A stretch of DNA of 64,000 nucleotides, from positions 5,851,950 to 5,915,949 of the forward strand of contig NC_134026.1 in the NCBI RefSeq assembly GCF_964204645.1, in the 5' to 3' direction. Below the pieces are notes generated by a model. The model was given only the letters and a program-made list of their open reading frames with translations, did no database searches and was not told the origin of the DNA. The DNA comes from Tubulanus polymorphus (lineage: Eukaryota > Animalia > Nemertea). Below are positions 23,701 to 36,691 of the stretch, in pieces; position 1 is the first letter of the stretch; each line of letters begins with the position of its first letter. The position numbers and the translations under genes were made by a program.

Positions 23701-26700
23701 AAAATGCTCGAGCCTAGCGCCGGCGATCAGCTGCCTCCGACCGTGACGACGACGAAAAACAAAGTAGCAATCGGCACGGCGATGGACGCGTTGACGGCGC
23801 CGTTACTGCAGCTCAATACGCTCACGAAAGCCGTATCGTCGAAAGATTCGTCGGAGAGCGGCGGTAGTAGTAGCGGTACGACGAGCACGTCTCCCGGTCG
23901 GTCGGTGTCGCCGCGTAATTCGAACGTGCACAATCCGAGTCGCACGATGCACGACATCAGCTTCTACAATTCGTCGTTGCACCCGATCACGGCGCCGATA
24001 TTTCCGTTCAACTTGACTCAGTCGGTGAAAAAAGTCGTCGGCCCGATTCCGTCGAGCGACACGACGAAGCCGGCCAAGCTGAAAATGGCCGGCACAAGTC
24101 CGCCGCGAAGCGCGTCGCCGCGCGGATCGAAGGTCTCGTTGCACAACGTGTCGCACATCGAATCGTTGGCGAAGAGTTCGTCGCAGAGTCACAACGCGGC
24201 GAGTTCCGTCGCGGCTGTTAATCTATCAGCGGCGCGTAACGACGTGCACGGATTTATGAGTACGGTATCGTCGATGCGAGCGGCGGACGGCGGCATGTTT
24301 CATCACGGGCCGCCGCCATCCGGCAAAGCTTCTCAACGACGCGGCTCGTCTCCGAAAGCGTTAGGTTCGACCGGTGGTGGCGCCGGTGGTAATCAACCGT
24401 TGACTCTACCGCCGCTGACTAACCTCACCGGCGGAGGCGTTCCCGGATTACATATGCTGACGCCCCAGCTGAATCATCCACGTACATGTGCTAATAACTC
24501 GGTTCCTTTTCACTCGGCCAACTTTCATCACAATATGTCATCGTTGCGTCCGGCGGCGATGATGAATCCGAACGTGATGAATCACGATTCGAACAAGAAT
24601 CGTAATCATCCGTCTGCCGTTGTTTCATCGTCGTCTGCCGTCGACAGCAGCTACGCGAAGTTCATTGCAAACGTCTCCGGTTCGTCGTCGTCGGCGTTGA
24701 ATTTGTCGGCGAAAACGATGCCCTCGCGTTCGAAGCAGTCGACGTCTCCTCGTCGGTTGAGTCCGGTGGTCGCCGCCAGTCGAAGCAGTCCGTCGATCGG
24801 CCAAACAACAATCAGTAGTCTGTCTCAGAGTCCTATATTCACCGATTACGCGTCGATGATACCGTCGTCGAAATCAACAGCTGTCGAGAGTCCGATCGCC
24901 GCGCCGGTCGTCGCCACGGAAATATCGGCGCTCAAAGCGAATTTACCAGCTATGCAAGTCGTAAACGAACCTTTCTCGTCAGCGCCGGCGGTCGTCGCGA
25001 AAGAGAAGGAGAACGGCGAAAACCCGCATGTTCCCGAAGTCGAGTCGTTAGCGAAGACGATACCAGTCGGTTTAATGATGGACCACGCGTACGTACAACG
25101 AGCGAATTCGACGAGTTCTCGCGACGTCGTCGACAACAGTCCACGACTGAATGACTTGAAATCGTCGTCGTCGCATCACCAACACCATCATCGTCCGTCG
25201 ACTACGATCGAAACGCCGAAGGACGATTCGAACGGCAGCTCGACGACGAGCGAAGCACCTCCGCATAGTTCGAATAACAACACGTTGGGACACGCTTTGA
25301 ACCTAGTGAAAACCGAACCGGTCAAAAGCGAATACGATAATCTCAACGCCGCGGACGCCGTGTCCGACGTGAAAATAACGGCGGCGAAATTAGGCGAGGA
25401 AATCGTCGCGATTCACCCGGCGAAAATTGCTCGGCATAACAGCGCCGATCGTACGAGCGAGGACAATAACAGCGACGTGTCTGACTTATCGGAATCGACG
25501 CGTTCGTTGCGCGGTCGAGCTGCCGCCAGCGATCGACCCGACTCGCCGGTGGTTCGCGCGGGGATCGCTCGGTCGGCGCGTGCCGGCTCGCGGCGTAAAA
25601 CGCCGGTCGACGATCTCGACGCCAAGAGCGATCGGTCGGAGTCGCCGAAACTGACTGCGCGCGGCGCCAAACGGAAGAATCACGACGACGCGGACTCGTT
25701 GATGAACCCGATCGATTTGAAACGAAGTAAACTCGACGCGAATTGTTTAATACCGAGCGATAGTTTGAATTGTTTAGACTCATCAGCCGACGACGCCGAA
25801 GTTTCCGAAATGACCAGTCGCAAACCGCGGAACATTCGCGCGAAATCCGTTCTGAAGGCGGGCGCCGTCGACGACAAGGCGTTGTTGCTGCATAACACGC
25901 GGTTCAACGACGGTAAAGGCGGTCGACAGAGTCGCAGCAGCAGTCGAGGCGCGTCGTCAGAATGCGGCGAAGACCACGCGGCAGTCGCGTTAGACGTGCC
26001 GGTGCACGGACACGACACGCGGTCGCGCACGCGTACGTCCTCGCGTAAAGCGAGTGACGAGTGCAGCAGCGACGGCGGTAAACGAGCCGATGAATCGCGC
26101 AGTCGGCGTAACACGAGCAGTCGTTCGCGCTCACCCGTTCACGGCAAAGAAAGATCTCCACCTCGAGGTATGTATGAATATGCATTTCATTTTTGGCCCA
26201 CTTCGGGTATTGTCCCTGCGGGCTATTGTTTTAAATTTTGGTTTCTATCTGTAGACAGAATCTGGTCATTTTTGGGAAAGTTTCTGAGCTGCCAACCATT
26301 CTGATTTTCAGTATTTTGTTACTACAGTTAACCTCGCCTTACACATGGCCAACTCGGGAGTTTTGACTAACTTCAACAAAAACGAAATCAATTCTTATCC
26401 TTAACTCAAATTTCGGCTTACCTCCGATCAATTTTGCAAGTGCCAGTTGGTCCTAGTTAGACAAGGTTTACTGTATTTCGTTCAAAGAAATACGGATTCG
26501 TTTTATTTGATGCATACAGAAACGTTGTACGTCATGTTACTGAGGGTCTTGTCGTAGATTTCTGATTTATTAAGAAATTTTCCTGAAAAAATATTTGATT
26601 TGTTACCGATAGCACTTTTCAGAGGTTTGCGACCCTGAATTTTTAACCAATAATGATATAGTCTCAATATACTCTTCTCACATAGAATTAGGATTAGCCA

Positions 26701-27734
26701 ATTTTCAGCTCATGTCTAACAAATATATGCCATCATTCCCTATCATTAGATTGATCTAACTATATGCGATCTTTATTTGAATGGTTACAAGAGGCTGAAA
26801 GTGAATAATTTGAGTACAGTAAACCTCACCTTAATCGGACAAACTGGGACTGATCAAATTGGTTTGGGGTACAAGTGAAGTCTGGATTGGAAAATACGTT
26901 TGGAAGTCGGAAAACTTATTTCGTTTTTGTCAGAGTTACTGGTAGTCGAAAGTCCCAAGTTGTACATGTCTGAGTAAGGCTGGGTTTACTTAAGACTGAA
27001 GTATCTCGCGTCGACATTTAATACGATATTTGTTTTTTTTTTTTCAGTGATTCGAGATAAATCTCCCGTTCGAGGAAGCTCGAGAGTATTACCATTGAAG
27101 GTTTCCCCACCAAAGAAAGACCCATCTCCCGCCCGGGACGTACCAGCGAGGAGAACTACGCGTTCTTGTAAACCGAAAGGTTCGTATTTCGTCGGTTAGT
27201 CTTGACATTTTTTGGGGCGGAACAATGTCCACTAAGCACATTGCACCCCCGCCTATCAAGCAGGTATCAATCCCAAGGATGGTCCCACAGCTTTATTAAG
27301 CTGTACACAGCCACAAGTGTTGCGGCGAAGCGCCTCAGTGAAATGACATTGAAAATTGAAAATGACGGTTGAACAACCATCCGAGTGGGTGGTTCCAAGC
27401 TTCGGATTGATAACCTGCGTATCTTTTTTTTTTGCGCGTCGTCTCGACGGAAGAATTTTAGTAATAAAATGATGATTCGTTTATCTAATTCAGAATTACG
27501 CGAGAAGTATTAGTACAAGTAAGTTTTCAGTGTCGTAGTTGTTGTACCGGTGCTATTTTATCGTAGTCTGTTCACGATTATTTCTGACCTCTTTCCTCCT
27601 CACTAGAATCAAATCATGCGGTAACAGAAATTTTTGAACAACCTTTCGACGCTATTTAATTTTCTTGTTATGTGTATGGATTTGTCTGGGATATGATAAC
27701 TATAGATATATAATATATATATATATAATATATA

Positions 27735-27779
<45 letters not shown>

Positions 27780-28879
27780 CATGCAACTTCTAGAAAGCTC
27801 GGCACTAGTCTAGTCCTACCTACTTGCATTTCTAGCACTAATTCTTATTTTCAGGACCCAGTTCCATAGTTGTGAATTAAGATTCGACTCAGAGTAAACT
27901 CATTGAGAATGAATTGATTTTTACTCAGAGTTAACTCTTATTCGTGGCTGCGGAACTGGCCCCAGGAGCTTGCTTACACACCGAGGATTTTATCAATATG
28001 CATTTTATTTTTAGTCAGTTTTCCTATTGAAACCCTTTTAAACCAGTGATCGCTTTCTTTTATGTCTATTTTTCACATCTCATTCGACGATTTCCGTTAA
28101 ACCTTTTGACTAACGCGACAGTACCGGCACTATTTTTAGATTTCTAGGATTGGGGTCACTAGTAGTAGTTTACCACCGAAGCGCCATCGACTATATTGAA
28201 CAGCTTAGACTAGAATTGGTAGCAGATCTTATCTATTTGTGCTAGTTATGCAATCCTAAAAATGTGTTGACTCATACCATCGCTACCCTGGATTATGCTA
28301 CAGTCGAGCTCACTCTTATGTCGGATCAGGATATATCAGATTTTTATGTATGTCTCATATGGTAATTCTGTGACCTAATATTTTGATAAAACCTATAAAT
28401 ATTGTGTTTATGTCGTCGCGTTTGAATAATTTTTGATAAATTGTTGCCTTTTTTATCGTCCGAACGTTCGGTATCCATTGATTTGTTTCAATCATGAAGC
28501 ATGCTTGACTGTCCCCAATGAAGCCGGCTTGACTGTAGTAAGGTACGGGTAAATGCACCCATGGCAACATCTCCTAATGTGGTGGGCAATATATAAATAA
28601 ATCTTAAGTTTTCAATCTAGGTCAGTTTAACTAATGAAGATGGTATTAAGCCCAGTTTCAGAATTTCATTTTCAATCCCTAAAGTCTTTCATTCTTTTGT
28701 TGAAACCAGTGTTTTCGTACAGTAACTAAGACATACAACTGTTTCGGATTATTTCGTTTATTTCATGAATATTCTTGCGTTTCTTTTATTCAGATAATCA
28801 CAAGCCACCCTCATCACCGCCACCTGCACCGCTGGCAACAGTCGGAAAAAGACGAAGATCATCGCGCGAACACAGATAA
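17774..28879 (+). CDS. NCOA6: Nuclear receptor coactivator 6-like, ~2269 aa, largely low-complexity
   Basis: Exons 17774-17894, 19190-22261, 22769-26167, 27048-27179, 28794-28879 join in frame. N-terminal NCOA6 domain (KKVEPWNSVRVT.NIP.EAA.RL..LA......LRD.GIL.VQIEG), PPPPY at 19891-19905, LxxLL box TSSQLLVTLLQNE at ~19981, basic C-terminus KRRRSSREHR. Confidence 0.88.
18787..19025. mobile_element. MITE with B-box-containing TIRs, copy 1
   Basis: CATCCTCCCC...AGGGATTCGAAACCTGATGGCAT at the left end and ATGCCATCCGGTTCGAATCCCTGCCAGGGGATGATG at the right end; other copies in the window. Confidence 0.75.
22303..22689. mobile_element. CAGGGTG-terminated non-autonomous element with internal ~170-nt tandem duplication
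   Basis: CAGGGTG...CACCCTG termini filling most of an NCOA6 intron. The unit tttctttatca.tatgtgattcat...aaattcct occurs twice; related sequence at ~42000-42270 and ~44265-44590. Confidence 0.65.
26323..26475. mobile_element. Tc1/mariner-type MITE (TA-CAGT termini)
   Basis: TACAGTTAACCTCGCCTTA ... TAGACAAGGTTTACTGTA. Similar CAGTA(A/G)A(A/C)C ends at ~5481, ~26815, ~28299, ~38777, ~55165, ~58567. Confidence 0.6.
27706..27778. repeat. (TA)n / (TAATA)n microsatellite
   Basis: Directly visible AT-only tract. Confidence 0.95.
27852..27965. mobile_element. Short MITE (CAGGACCCAGTTCC termini)
   Basis: CAGGACCCAGTTCCATAG ... CTGCGGAACTGGCCCCAG; an inverted-orientation copy at 35128-35249. Confidence 0.65.
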
Positions 28880-29554
28880 ACGAATTAGAAAACGTTAACT
28901 AATTACATCGTTAATTCTGCGCTATATGTTTAATAATCGATTTATTTGTATTAATTTGTGCTCTGAATCAGGGGGGGGGGCAGGGAGGTAAATGTGGATT
29001 AAACATTTATTAAGCATTAATCATGGTAAAAGTTGTATACATTACCAGTTTACAGAACTGTGTATTTTGAAATTGAGTTGATTCATTTTTCTGGGTTTTG
29101 CTTTTTTTCTCACCGAGAGTGCTCTAACTGACACAATCAGTTGTCAAATTCTAAAAGAAATCAATCTCTTGCAATTAGTATTCCACAAAATCATGTTCTT
29201 GAAAGTATTCGTTGTATTCCAATTTATGTAAATAGCCGCCGGTGATATTTTGGTTCTTGTGCAAAATTCCGCTATCATTATGAGTTATTGTCGTGTTAAT
29301 CTCTTTGATAGAATCGTGATAAATTGTGTCATCCTACCCTGCAGGGCCCAGTTTCGCTAAAACTTCAGCTCAGCTTTTTGGCGTAGTTACTTTTTCGATT
29401 ACTTCATATTTTTAGTCAATCAAAGTCCAATTTTTGGTGAAACTTTTTCACGAATAACTGGGCCCTTACGGTATCAAAACTGCCATGGTGTGAAACCTTG
29501 GCAGTTTTGACACGATGGTAGACTGGGTATACAGCTATTCCCTGTACACATTAA

Positions 29555-29821
29555 CCCTTTCAGTGCTGACTCACCTGCAAGTGCTGGAGATATTTGAAAT
29601 TTTTTTAGAATTCCAACGCAGCAGAGAACAACGGGCATACCATTTAACGGAGCAGTCTATCATAAGTTACTGATATTTACCAAGTTAGACAGGTGCTGCT
29701 ATAGAGATAGAAACTAATTACCGTACTAATGATGTCAATATCCTGCAATGCGGTGTACTGCAAGGGTTAGCAAAAATCATCGATGTCTACACCGCACTGC
29801 GGTGTGGACGCACAGAAAGGG
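29555..29821. mobile_element. piggyBac-type MITE with TTAA target-site duplication
   Basis: TTAA|CCCTTTCAGTGC ... GCACAGAAAGGG|TTAA (11/12 TIR match); fragment of the same family at ~42590-42650. Confidence 0.8.
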
Positions 29822-30852
29822 TTAATGTATGAATGTCTGCACAACCTGATCAATATATCATGAATGCATCAGTTGGATCTGGGTACCTTTGAATTTTTAT
29901 TCCAACTTAAAAAAATTAAATTAAACTCTATTGATTTATAACCATCATCTTAGAATTAATGATTTCGATGATTGTTCAAACCAAACAGACAACCAGACTG
30001 ACTAATATAGCCAGTTACGACAGACAGTCGAGAAATTGAAGATAAAATGAAATATGATTCGTCTATTGAATGTTGAATGTTTTTCGCAAATTCGAGCCGA
30101 TGTTCGTAGTCGTCTGCTTCGCGAATTGTCTATGATGAGATTTTTATCCAGTTCGAATATCCTGTTAACAGAAATATAAAGTGAATATATACTATTCGTA
30201 TATTATGCATCAAGTTCCCACGATAAAAAAAGCGAAAACAAACGGTTTAGTCTACCCTTGCAGCTTTGTGCTGCAATGAATTTTGTTTGTTTTTTTTTTG
30301 TGACCGATGGCGAATCTAATAACCACTCTCTCTTTCTCTCTCTCTCTCTCTCTCGGCTTACTCAACGCGTATTATCTAATCTTCGTTCAGCTTCCTTCGC
30401 CGTCGAAGATCGCTGGATTTTTGTTATGGATTTGTGTTAATATAATTTCCGAAATATTCTTTTTTCCTTTTTCGTGTAAATAATAGATGATGGTGACGAT
30501 GATTCTTAACGGAGAAACTACCGCCTACCTTTAAACCCTCAATAATAACCTTTGTAAAATAACGAGTAAATAGATAAATGAATTATTATTATGATAATGA
30601 TAACGCAGATTAATATTGTCTAGAACTGGGAGGGGGCAGTGAATACGTTTTCATGTGTACAAAAGAAATGATCTACCCCTTTATCATGTATATGTATGTA
30701 TATGTCTACTTTGTAAATATATTTTGACTGTGAACACCGATAATGTTTGCGTGGACGAATTTTCCACGGATTCTTGTACATTTTCATGTAGATATGAATA
30801 ATTTATGAAATGAATATATTTATTGAAAAAAAGATTTGTTATACTAATAATA

Positions 30853-31075
30853 ATGATGATGATGATGATGATAATGATGATGAAGGAATGATAATGATAT
30901 TGATGATTAAGTGAAAGTAAGTCCTGAGCTTGGACGATGTTGAAATAATGTTTCTGTCATTAGAAATTTGTCGAAATAAACCATTGGAAAAGATTGCGCC
31001 GTGTGAGGCTCTGTGTAAATTTCAAAATAGATATTATTATTATTATTATTATTATAATTACGATTATAATTACGA
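30853..31075. repeat. (GAT)n and (TAT)n simple repeats
   Basis: (GAT)n-rich tract at ~30853-30907 and (TAT)n at ~31032-31053; (CT)n also at ~30326-30353. Confidence 0.85.
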
Positions 31076-33201
31076 TTCTTTTTTTTCCCGACGCTCTTCA
31101 AATCTTTATATTATAAAAATTTTAATAAAATCCCGTAGAGAAATAATCGATGAGAGGTTTTTTTCATTGGAAATGATTGTGATGAATCAAAGAGTTAGTG
31201 GTGATATATTTTACTAGATGTGTCATTATTAATTGTAGGAGTTTTTTCTCTAGTTCGTTTGCATTCTCTTTGTTTTTTTTTGTCCGAGCAGTGTTCGTGC
31301 CGGGTAATATTTTGAGCCATTTTCTTGTTTTGTTTCGCCTCCATTTGTCGAAGGAATTTGAATTCTTTTCCTTCCAGTTCAAGTATGTCGCAAGAGTACA
31401 TATGTTATAGTCGGAAGTAAACTAGTATGAATAATGTGAGGCTAATTCGTTAAGTATGTACATTGTACATAGGGAATATCTGTTGTAATGGATCAACTGT
31501 TCTATGTGTTAAACGATCTGTGATTGGCCCAAATTCGGGTATTTCAGCTGGGGTGACTAATTAGACCTAAAAAAAATAAACAGTTAATTATTGCAGTTCA
31601 AAATATACATAGATATTCGGTTAATCCGTTTCTGGCCCTTTGAATACCGCGACTCAATAATTCAATGTCGAATTCTTTTTTCCGAGTTTCAAAAAATATT
31701 TGTACGACCCTGGTACCGGTACATGTACATACTTAATACCATTACTGAAAAACTGCCTGTCTGAAATGATACTTACTAATTGTCATTCTTGTTCGTGGAA
31801 ATAACGATAATCGAAACCTATAATGAGATAATAATCTGTCTACGTAAAAACTGTCCGCAGAAGACGAAATTGCCGGGGGAAGGAAAACAAATAGAGCTCT
31901 ATGTGTAAAAAATTCTGTACATACTTATACACGTACATGTCTAATATTCTATGTTATAAATATTACTCTATGAATGATGAATTTTCTGTAAAGATTGGAC
32001 ATTTGAATGCATTTACAGATGAAATGCACACAGTGTTAATAATAATGAATACAATTAATAAAAGTTTGCTCTGGTTATTCATGAAAAATAATCTATTATT
32101 ATTATGATTACTATTATTGTTATTGAGATGAATAAGTTATATATATACATATATCCCGAATTGAGATATGTATATGTGTATGTATTGAAATGGAAGTGCA
32201 CAATATATATCAACCGACGATTTAACTAACTTTTGAATATACAGGTTTTTTGTCGCTGTATTTAAAGAATTCACGTCTTTACAGGAATATGCCGCTACAT
32301 TTTCATCGCTCATTCACATTTTTTCAAGTCATGGGAGGGGAAATAGTCCTCGTAGAATTTTATACGTATCGTCAGGTTAGTTGGTTTGTATTTTTGACAA
32401 AGTCCTTTCTTCTCTCACTTCGTATATAGTTTCCTTCCCGCGTATTTTTTGTATTTTTATATTCTGTATAAATGATATTGTGCACAAATACATCCATTGC
32501 AGACCATAAGAAATACTGTCTTCATAGAATTTCTGCTGGAACCAATGTGCAAGAAAAATTAGTCTTTATGCTCAATGCGCCTCCCGTCTACAATCATGTA
32601 CCTAGACAGGCCCGACAAATCTGATATATGTATGCGAAGAAGTCTTCAATTATAAGCAAATAATCGCGGCAGTTCCAGTAATAACAGCGAGATTGAACTA
32701 TTCCTGATTTAGGACTCATTTCAGGGCACCAACATGCCTCAGTTTATTTCACCAACAGTGAAGTTGATCATATTTGTCATGCAATTGGGTCAAAATTTCG
32801 ATAATCTCCGCGTGATCAGGGCTATACTTATACATACATCAATTTGAACGTCCATACTTGGAAGGTTTTAATTGGCGCTGAAGAGATCAGTCATTTTATC
32901 ACTGGGGAATGTCTAAAGGGCCATTTCGGGCTGCAGATTGAAACCTGCACTGATCTAACTATCCTTGAAATCCATCTGATTTTCCAATTATCAGTTGTGA
33001 TTTGTTGTTTCTCTTCTCTTTTTGGAAATGATCCTTTGTGTCTTCTACACCGACATACCCAGCAGTATTTCAAAGAGGAATTTAACGAAGTTAGAAATGT
33101 TGATTAGACCAGATATATTTATAATAGCAAATATGCTGCTCCATGATTTATACATAATACATATATAGAAATTGAAGCACATTATCTACGTATAAACAGA
33201 C

Positions 33202-36116
33202 TTAATCCTCTCCAGTTTCATCTCCACTTTCATCATCTTCATCCGATTCATCCTCATCTCCAGATTTTTCTCGATTGGCTTCCTCGAGTTCTTCCAGTTT
33301 CTTTTGCAATTCGGCTTCGTCGAGATCGGATACAACTTTGGGCTGCAGGAAATGAGAAGAAAATCGTCATTCGTTTTACATCGGGAAAAAAATAAACCTC
33401 TAACATATCAGATACTGACAATGCTACTGTGGCAATTGAGGATCCTCCAGATTTACTGGGTTGGGTCATTTACATTCATTTCATATCACGGTGAACGGCA
33501 AAATTTTTCGAAAAACAAAAAATGCAGCAGTGAACGACACACATGATGCAGACATTATTTGCAGTTGTAGAATATGATTGATATGATATGATGACGAAGA
33601 ATTAGCCGGTCGTCGAGATTTCTCATAAACCGGAGAATGGTAGTAGTTTCATTGGTGCATTAAATAAAATTTTAGTTAGAATAGGAAATAACTAGGTAAA
33701 ATTATAAGTTATGTTTCTAGCTACATTTACAGAATTTTATCAAACTGCAAAAAGAGAATTTCAAAAATTTGGATAACTATATTATTGTATTTGAATATAT
33801 GGAACAGATAAATTAAAAAATCGGGTGACTAATTCGCGTAAAGCTTACCGCCATTTGAACACTAAAAACTCCAGAATTGGCTTCTATGTTTTCTTTAATT
33901 GCGGTTAATGCCTCATTTAGTTTATCTAAACCTTCTTGCCGTTCTATCGTCTGAGTTGTCATTACGTACAGTGGCGGTGCTATCAAATTTATCTGCAATT
34001 GATAATAATATAACCATTTCATTAGATACATAGCAAAAACCCAAATATCAAGACAACCTATTGAAGCCTAAAATAACTGGATGAAAAGTGAATGCAATGA
34101 TAGCGCACAAGGACCACTTAAGTCTGAAGTGACCTATAATTTAAGTCTGAAGTGACTCTAAAAATTTCAAAATCGATTGAAGGTTAAAAATAGAAGTACC
34201 TTAATCGGGATATCTTCAGTGGAAAAACTAAGTCCTTTCCTCAGTGCCAATTTAACTGCATCTATGCCTTCATAACCATAACACGATACGTTGATATCTA
34301 AAACAGAGAGAATAGTTTAATACCGCCATGCAATATTTGATTTGGCCTATCTGTTCCTGAAACAACACCTAGGGCTAAAGTGCTTGGTAAATTGCCATCC
34401 CTTATGAAGCTGCGAGCATTGCAGCCCTTGCAGCCCTTAAAACATCATCAACCAGGCTCTAATGCACTTTAAACCCGATAGTAACGATACAGGAATCAAC
34501 CTCTATTTGACAGTTTGACGTCAAACCCATACGTAGTCTAGTATTCAGACTATATTTGATTCAGCCTAATCCAAAAGAACTGTTTTCTTTTTCGATGCAG
34601 CTTTCTTGGACTATACAAAACTGCACTCAAAAAGTGAAAGAACGTACCTGATCTAAGTTTAACAGCTTGAGGCGTCAGTCGACGTTTGATATTTTGTAGT
34701 AGAATTCGTTTCGTTTCAGCATCTATATCACATTCATCTAGCGCTTCTGGATTCCTAAAGACACAAACGATTTAATTTGTTCAAAATGTACACTTTTACT
34801 TTCAGTTCTTTAATTATAAGTAAGCCATATCTAATTGAGAATGAGCTTAACCGACTAGAGTTCAAAAACGGTTTGTTTCCGATGTTTTAAACTTTAAGTC
34901 GAACCTTAACGCAAAACTGCAGGTGGGAGGAATGTGGTTGTTCAAAGATAATACTAAATGATAGGACTATGGGTGATATGAAAATTATAAAATCAGAAGA
35001 TGAAAAAAACATAAATAATTTGGGTCGGACCAAGCTTTCACATATATCCCGAGTGATTGATTAATGGATGTTGACGGTTTTTAGAGATAGATCTTCAAAT
35101 CCAAGCCCTCTTAATTTTGGAACCATACCAGGAATAGTTCCACAGTTGTAAGTAAAGAGTTAACTCAAGAGCTATAATCAGTTCATTTTCAATGTTTCAA
35201 CTCAACTTTAAGAGTCAAATTCAACTCGCAACTGTGGGACTGGATCCCGAAGTTAAACAAGATGACGACTTACGCTACTGAATTTTTAAATGCGTCGAAA
35301 CTAGCACCAGGTTTTCCGTATTTTCTGTCGAAGCACCAAGCCGTCTTTTTATACAGTTCTTCCAATTCTTCATTGGTCGTGTAATTTAACAATTCTCCGA
35401 CGTGACGTAGAATGCTGTTTACCTACGTAGAACAATCAAGCAATCTATATAATAAAACGACAAGCATATTCATGTTGTTGTCGACTCAGACTTTGAAGTT
35501 ATGGAAATCAAGTTCAGCCCAGATTGATATTTGCACTTTATTTGTACCAACCCCCCCCCCAACCGAGTTTCACAAAATTGATCTGTAGCTACAATAGTTT
35601 TTTCAGTCTACTACAAAGATATATACTTACAGCTTTAGCCCGAGCATATTTTTCTTCGCATTTCTCGACCTCTTCGGCGGAAACACGTCTTTTAGATAAA
35701 TCAATATAACCTGAAAAATTACAGTACTGTTACCTTCAGACCTATATAAGTTTTGACTTGGGGTCAAATGCTACCAACGAACTATAGAAATGACAACTGG
35801 ACCCAGTTCTACAGTTCTTGATTGGCGTTTGACTCAAGGATCAAAATATACATAGTGGGCTAATAAGATATTTCATACCTTTATCTTTATCAACTCTTAT
35901 TACTACGACGCATTCGTTTCGTCCTATTTTGATCAGTTTGTTGATGGACCTGATACGTCGACGTGACAGTTCGCTCAGTAAGATCATGCCTTCGATATTG
36001 TTGTATTCTAACAGATGAACGTACGCGCCCATTTCAGCGATCGATCGCACCTTCACCATGACAACGTCCTCGATTTCGGGGAATCGATGCTCATAGAATC
36101 GACAAGACAACGGCAT
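33202..36116 (-). CDS. EIF2S1: Eukaryotic translation initiation factor 2 alpha, 318 aa
   Basis: Exons 36116-35879, 35710-35631, 35422-35274, 34754-34648, 34297-34200, 33992-33849, 33342-33202. MPLSCRFY...ELSRRRIRS (regulatory Ser51 context), [21 protein letters not shown], acidic tail. Likely 5' UTR exon with a donor at ~36691. Confidence 0.97.
35128..35249. mobile_element. Short MITE, second copy of the 27852 family
   Basis: Shares AGAGTTAACTC, CAGTTCATTTTCAATG and ACTGTGGGACTGG with the reverse complement of 27852-27965. Confidence 0.6.
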
Positions 36117-36691
36117 TTTGAATCTGAAACCCAGATGAAATTTGTCGTGTGTGAACATAGCAATCAATTATTGCCAATTGGCAAGTTCAAAACGTAAGCT
36201 CCAGATTTTCAGTAGATTTCGCGTAATGTGTTTTCAACCATAATTGTGAAATTTAGCTCTATCCCTGATGGACCGCTCATTTTGGTAGGATGTAGTTTTG
36301 GTTAAAAAAAACTGGAACTACCGGTAACAGGTCAACTTGTACTCTATTTGGGACAACTTGTACCTGCGCATTTAGACAAGCTCCCCTACTTAAAAAACTT
36401 ATTTTTCCTGTGATTGACGATCAATAATCATTAATGCATTCTTTACGAAAACAAAGGACAACATCATCAGATTGGATTATGGTCACAGCAAGTAGCTAAA
36501 TATATTAGAAGGTGCGGCTCTAGGCCAAGTAAAGTATGGCAGCTGCCCAATAAAACTTAATTCATATTGAATTTACATAAAAATTTCAATCGCTATTCTA
36601 TCTATATCTGCAGAATCAACTGGAAATTGGAGCGTTCTTCGTGTTCGATATAAACGTAAGGTACTAGAACTGATATAAAACTGCTCCTTAC

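Noticed and set aside
19119-26254. Numerous antisense and alternate-frame ORFs of 60-190 aa
   Set aside because: They are shadows of the GC/CpG-rich, low-complexity NCOA6 exons; no motifs or independent splice signals.
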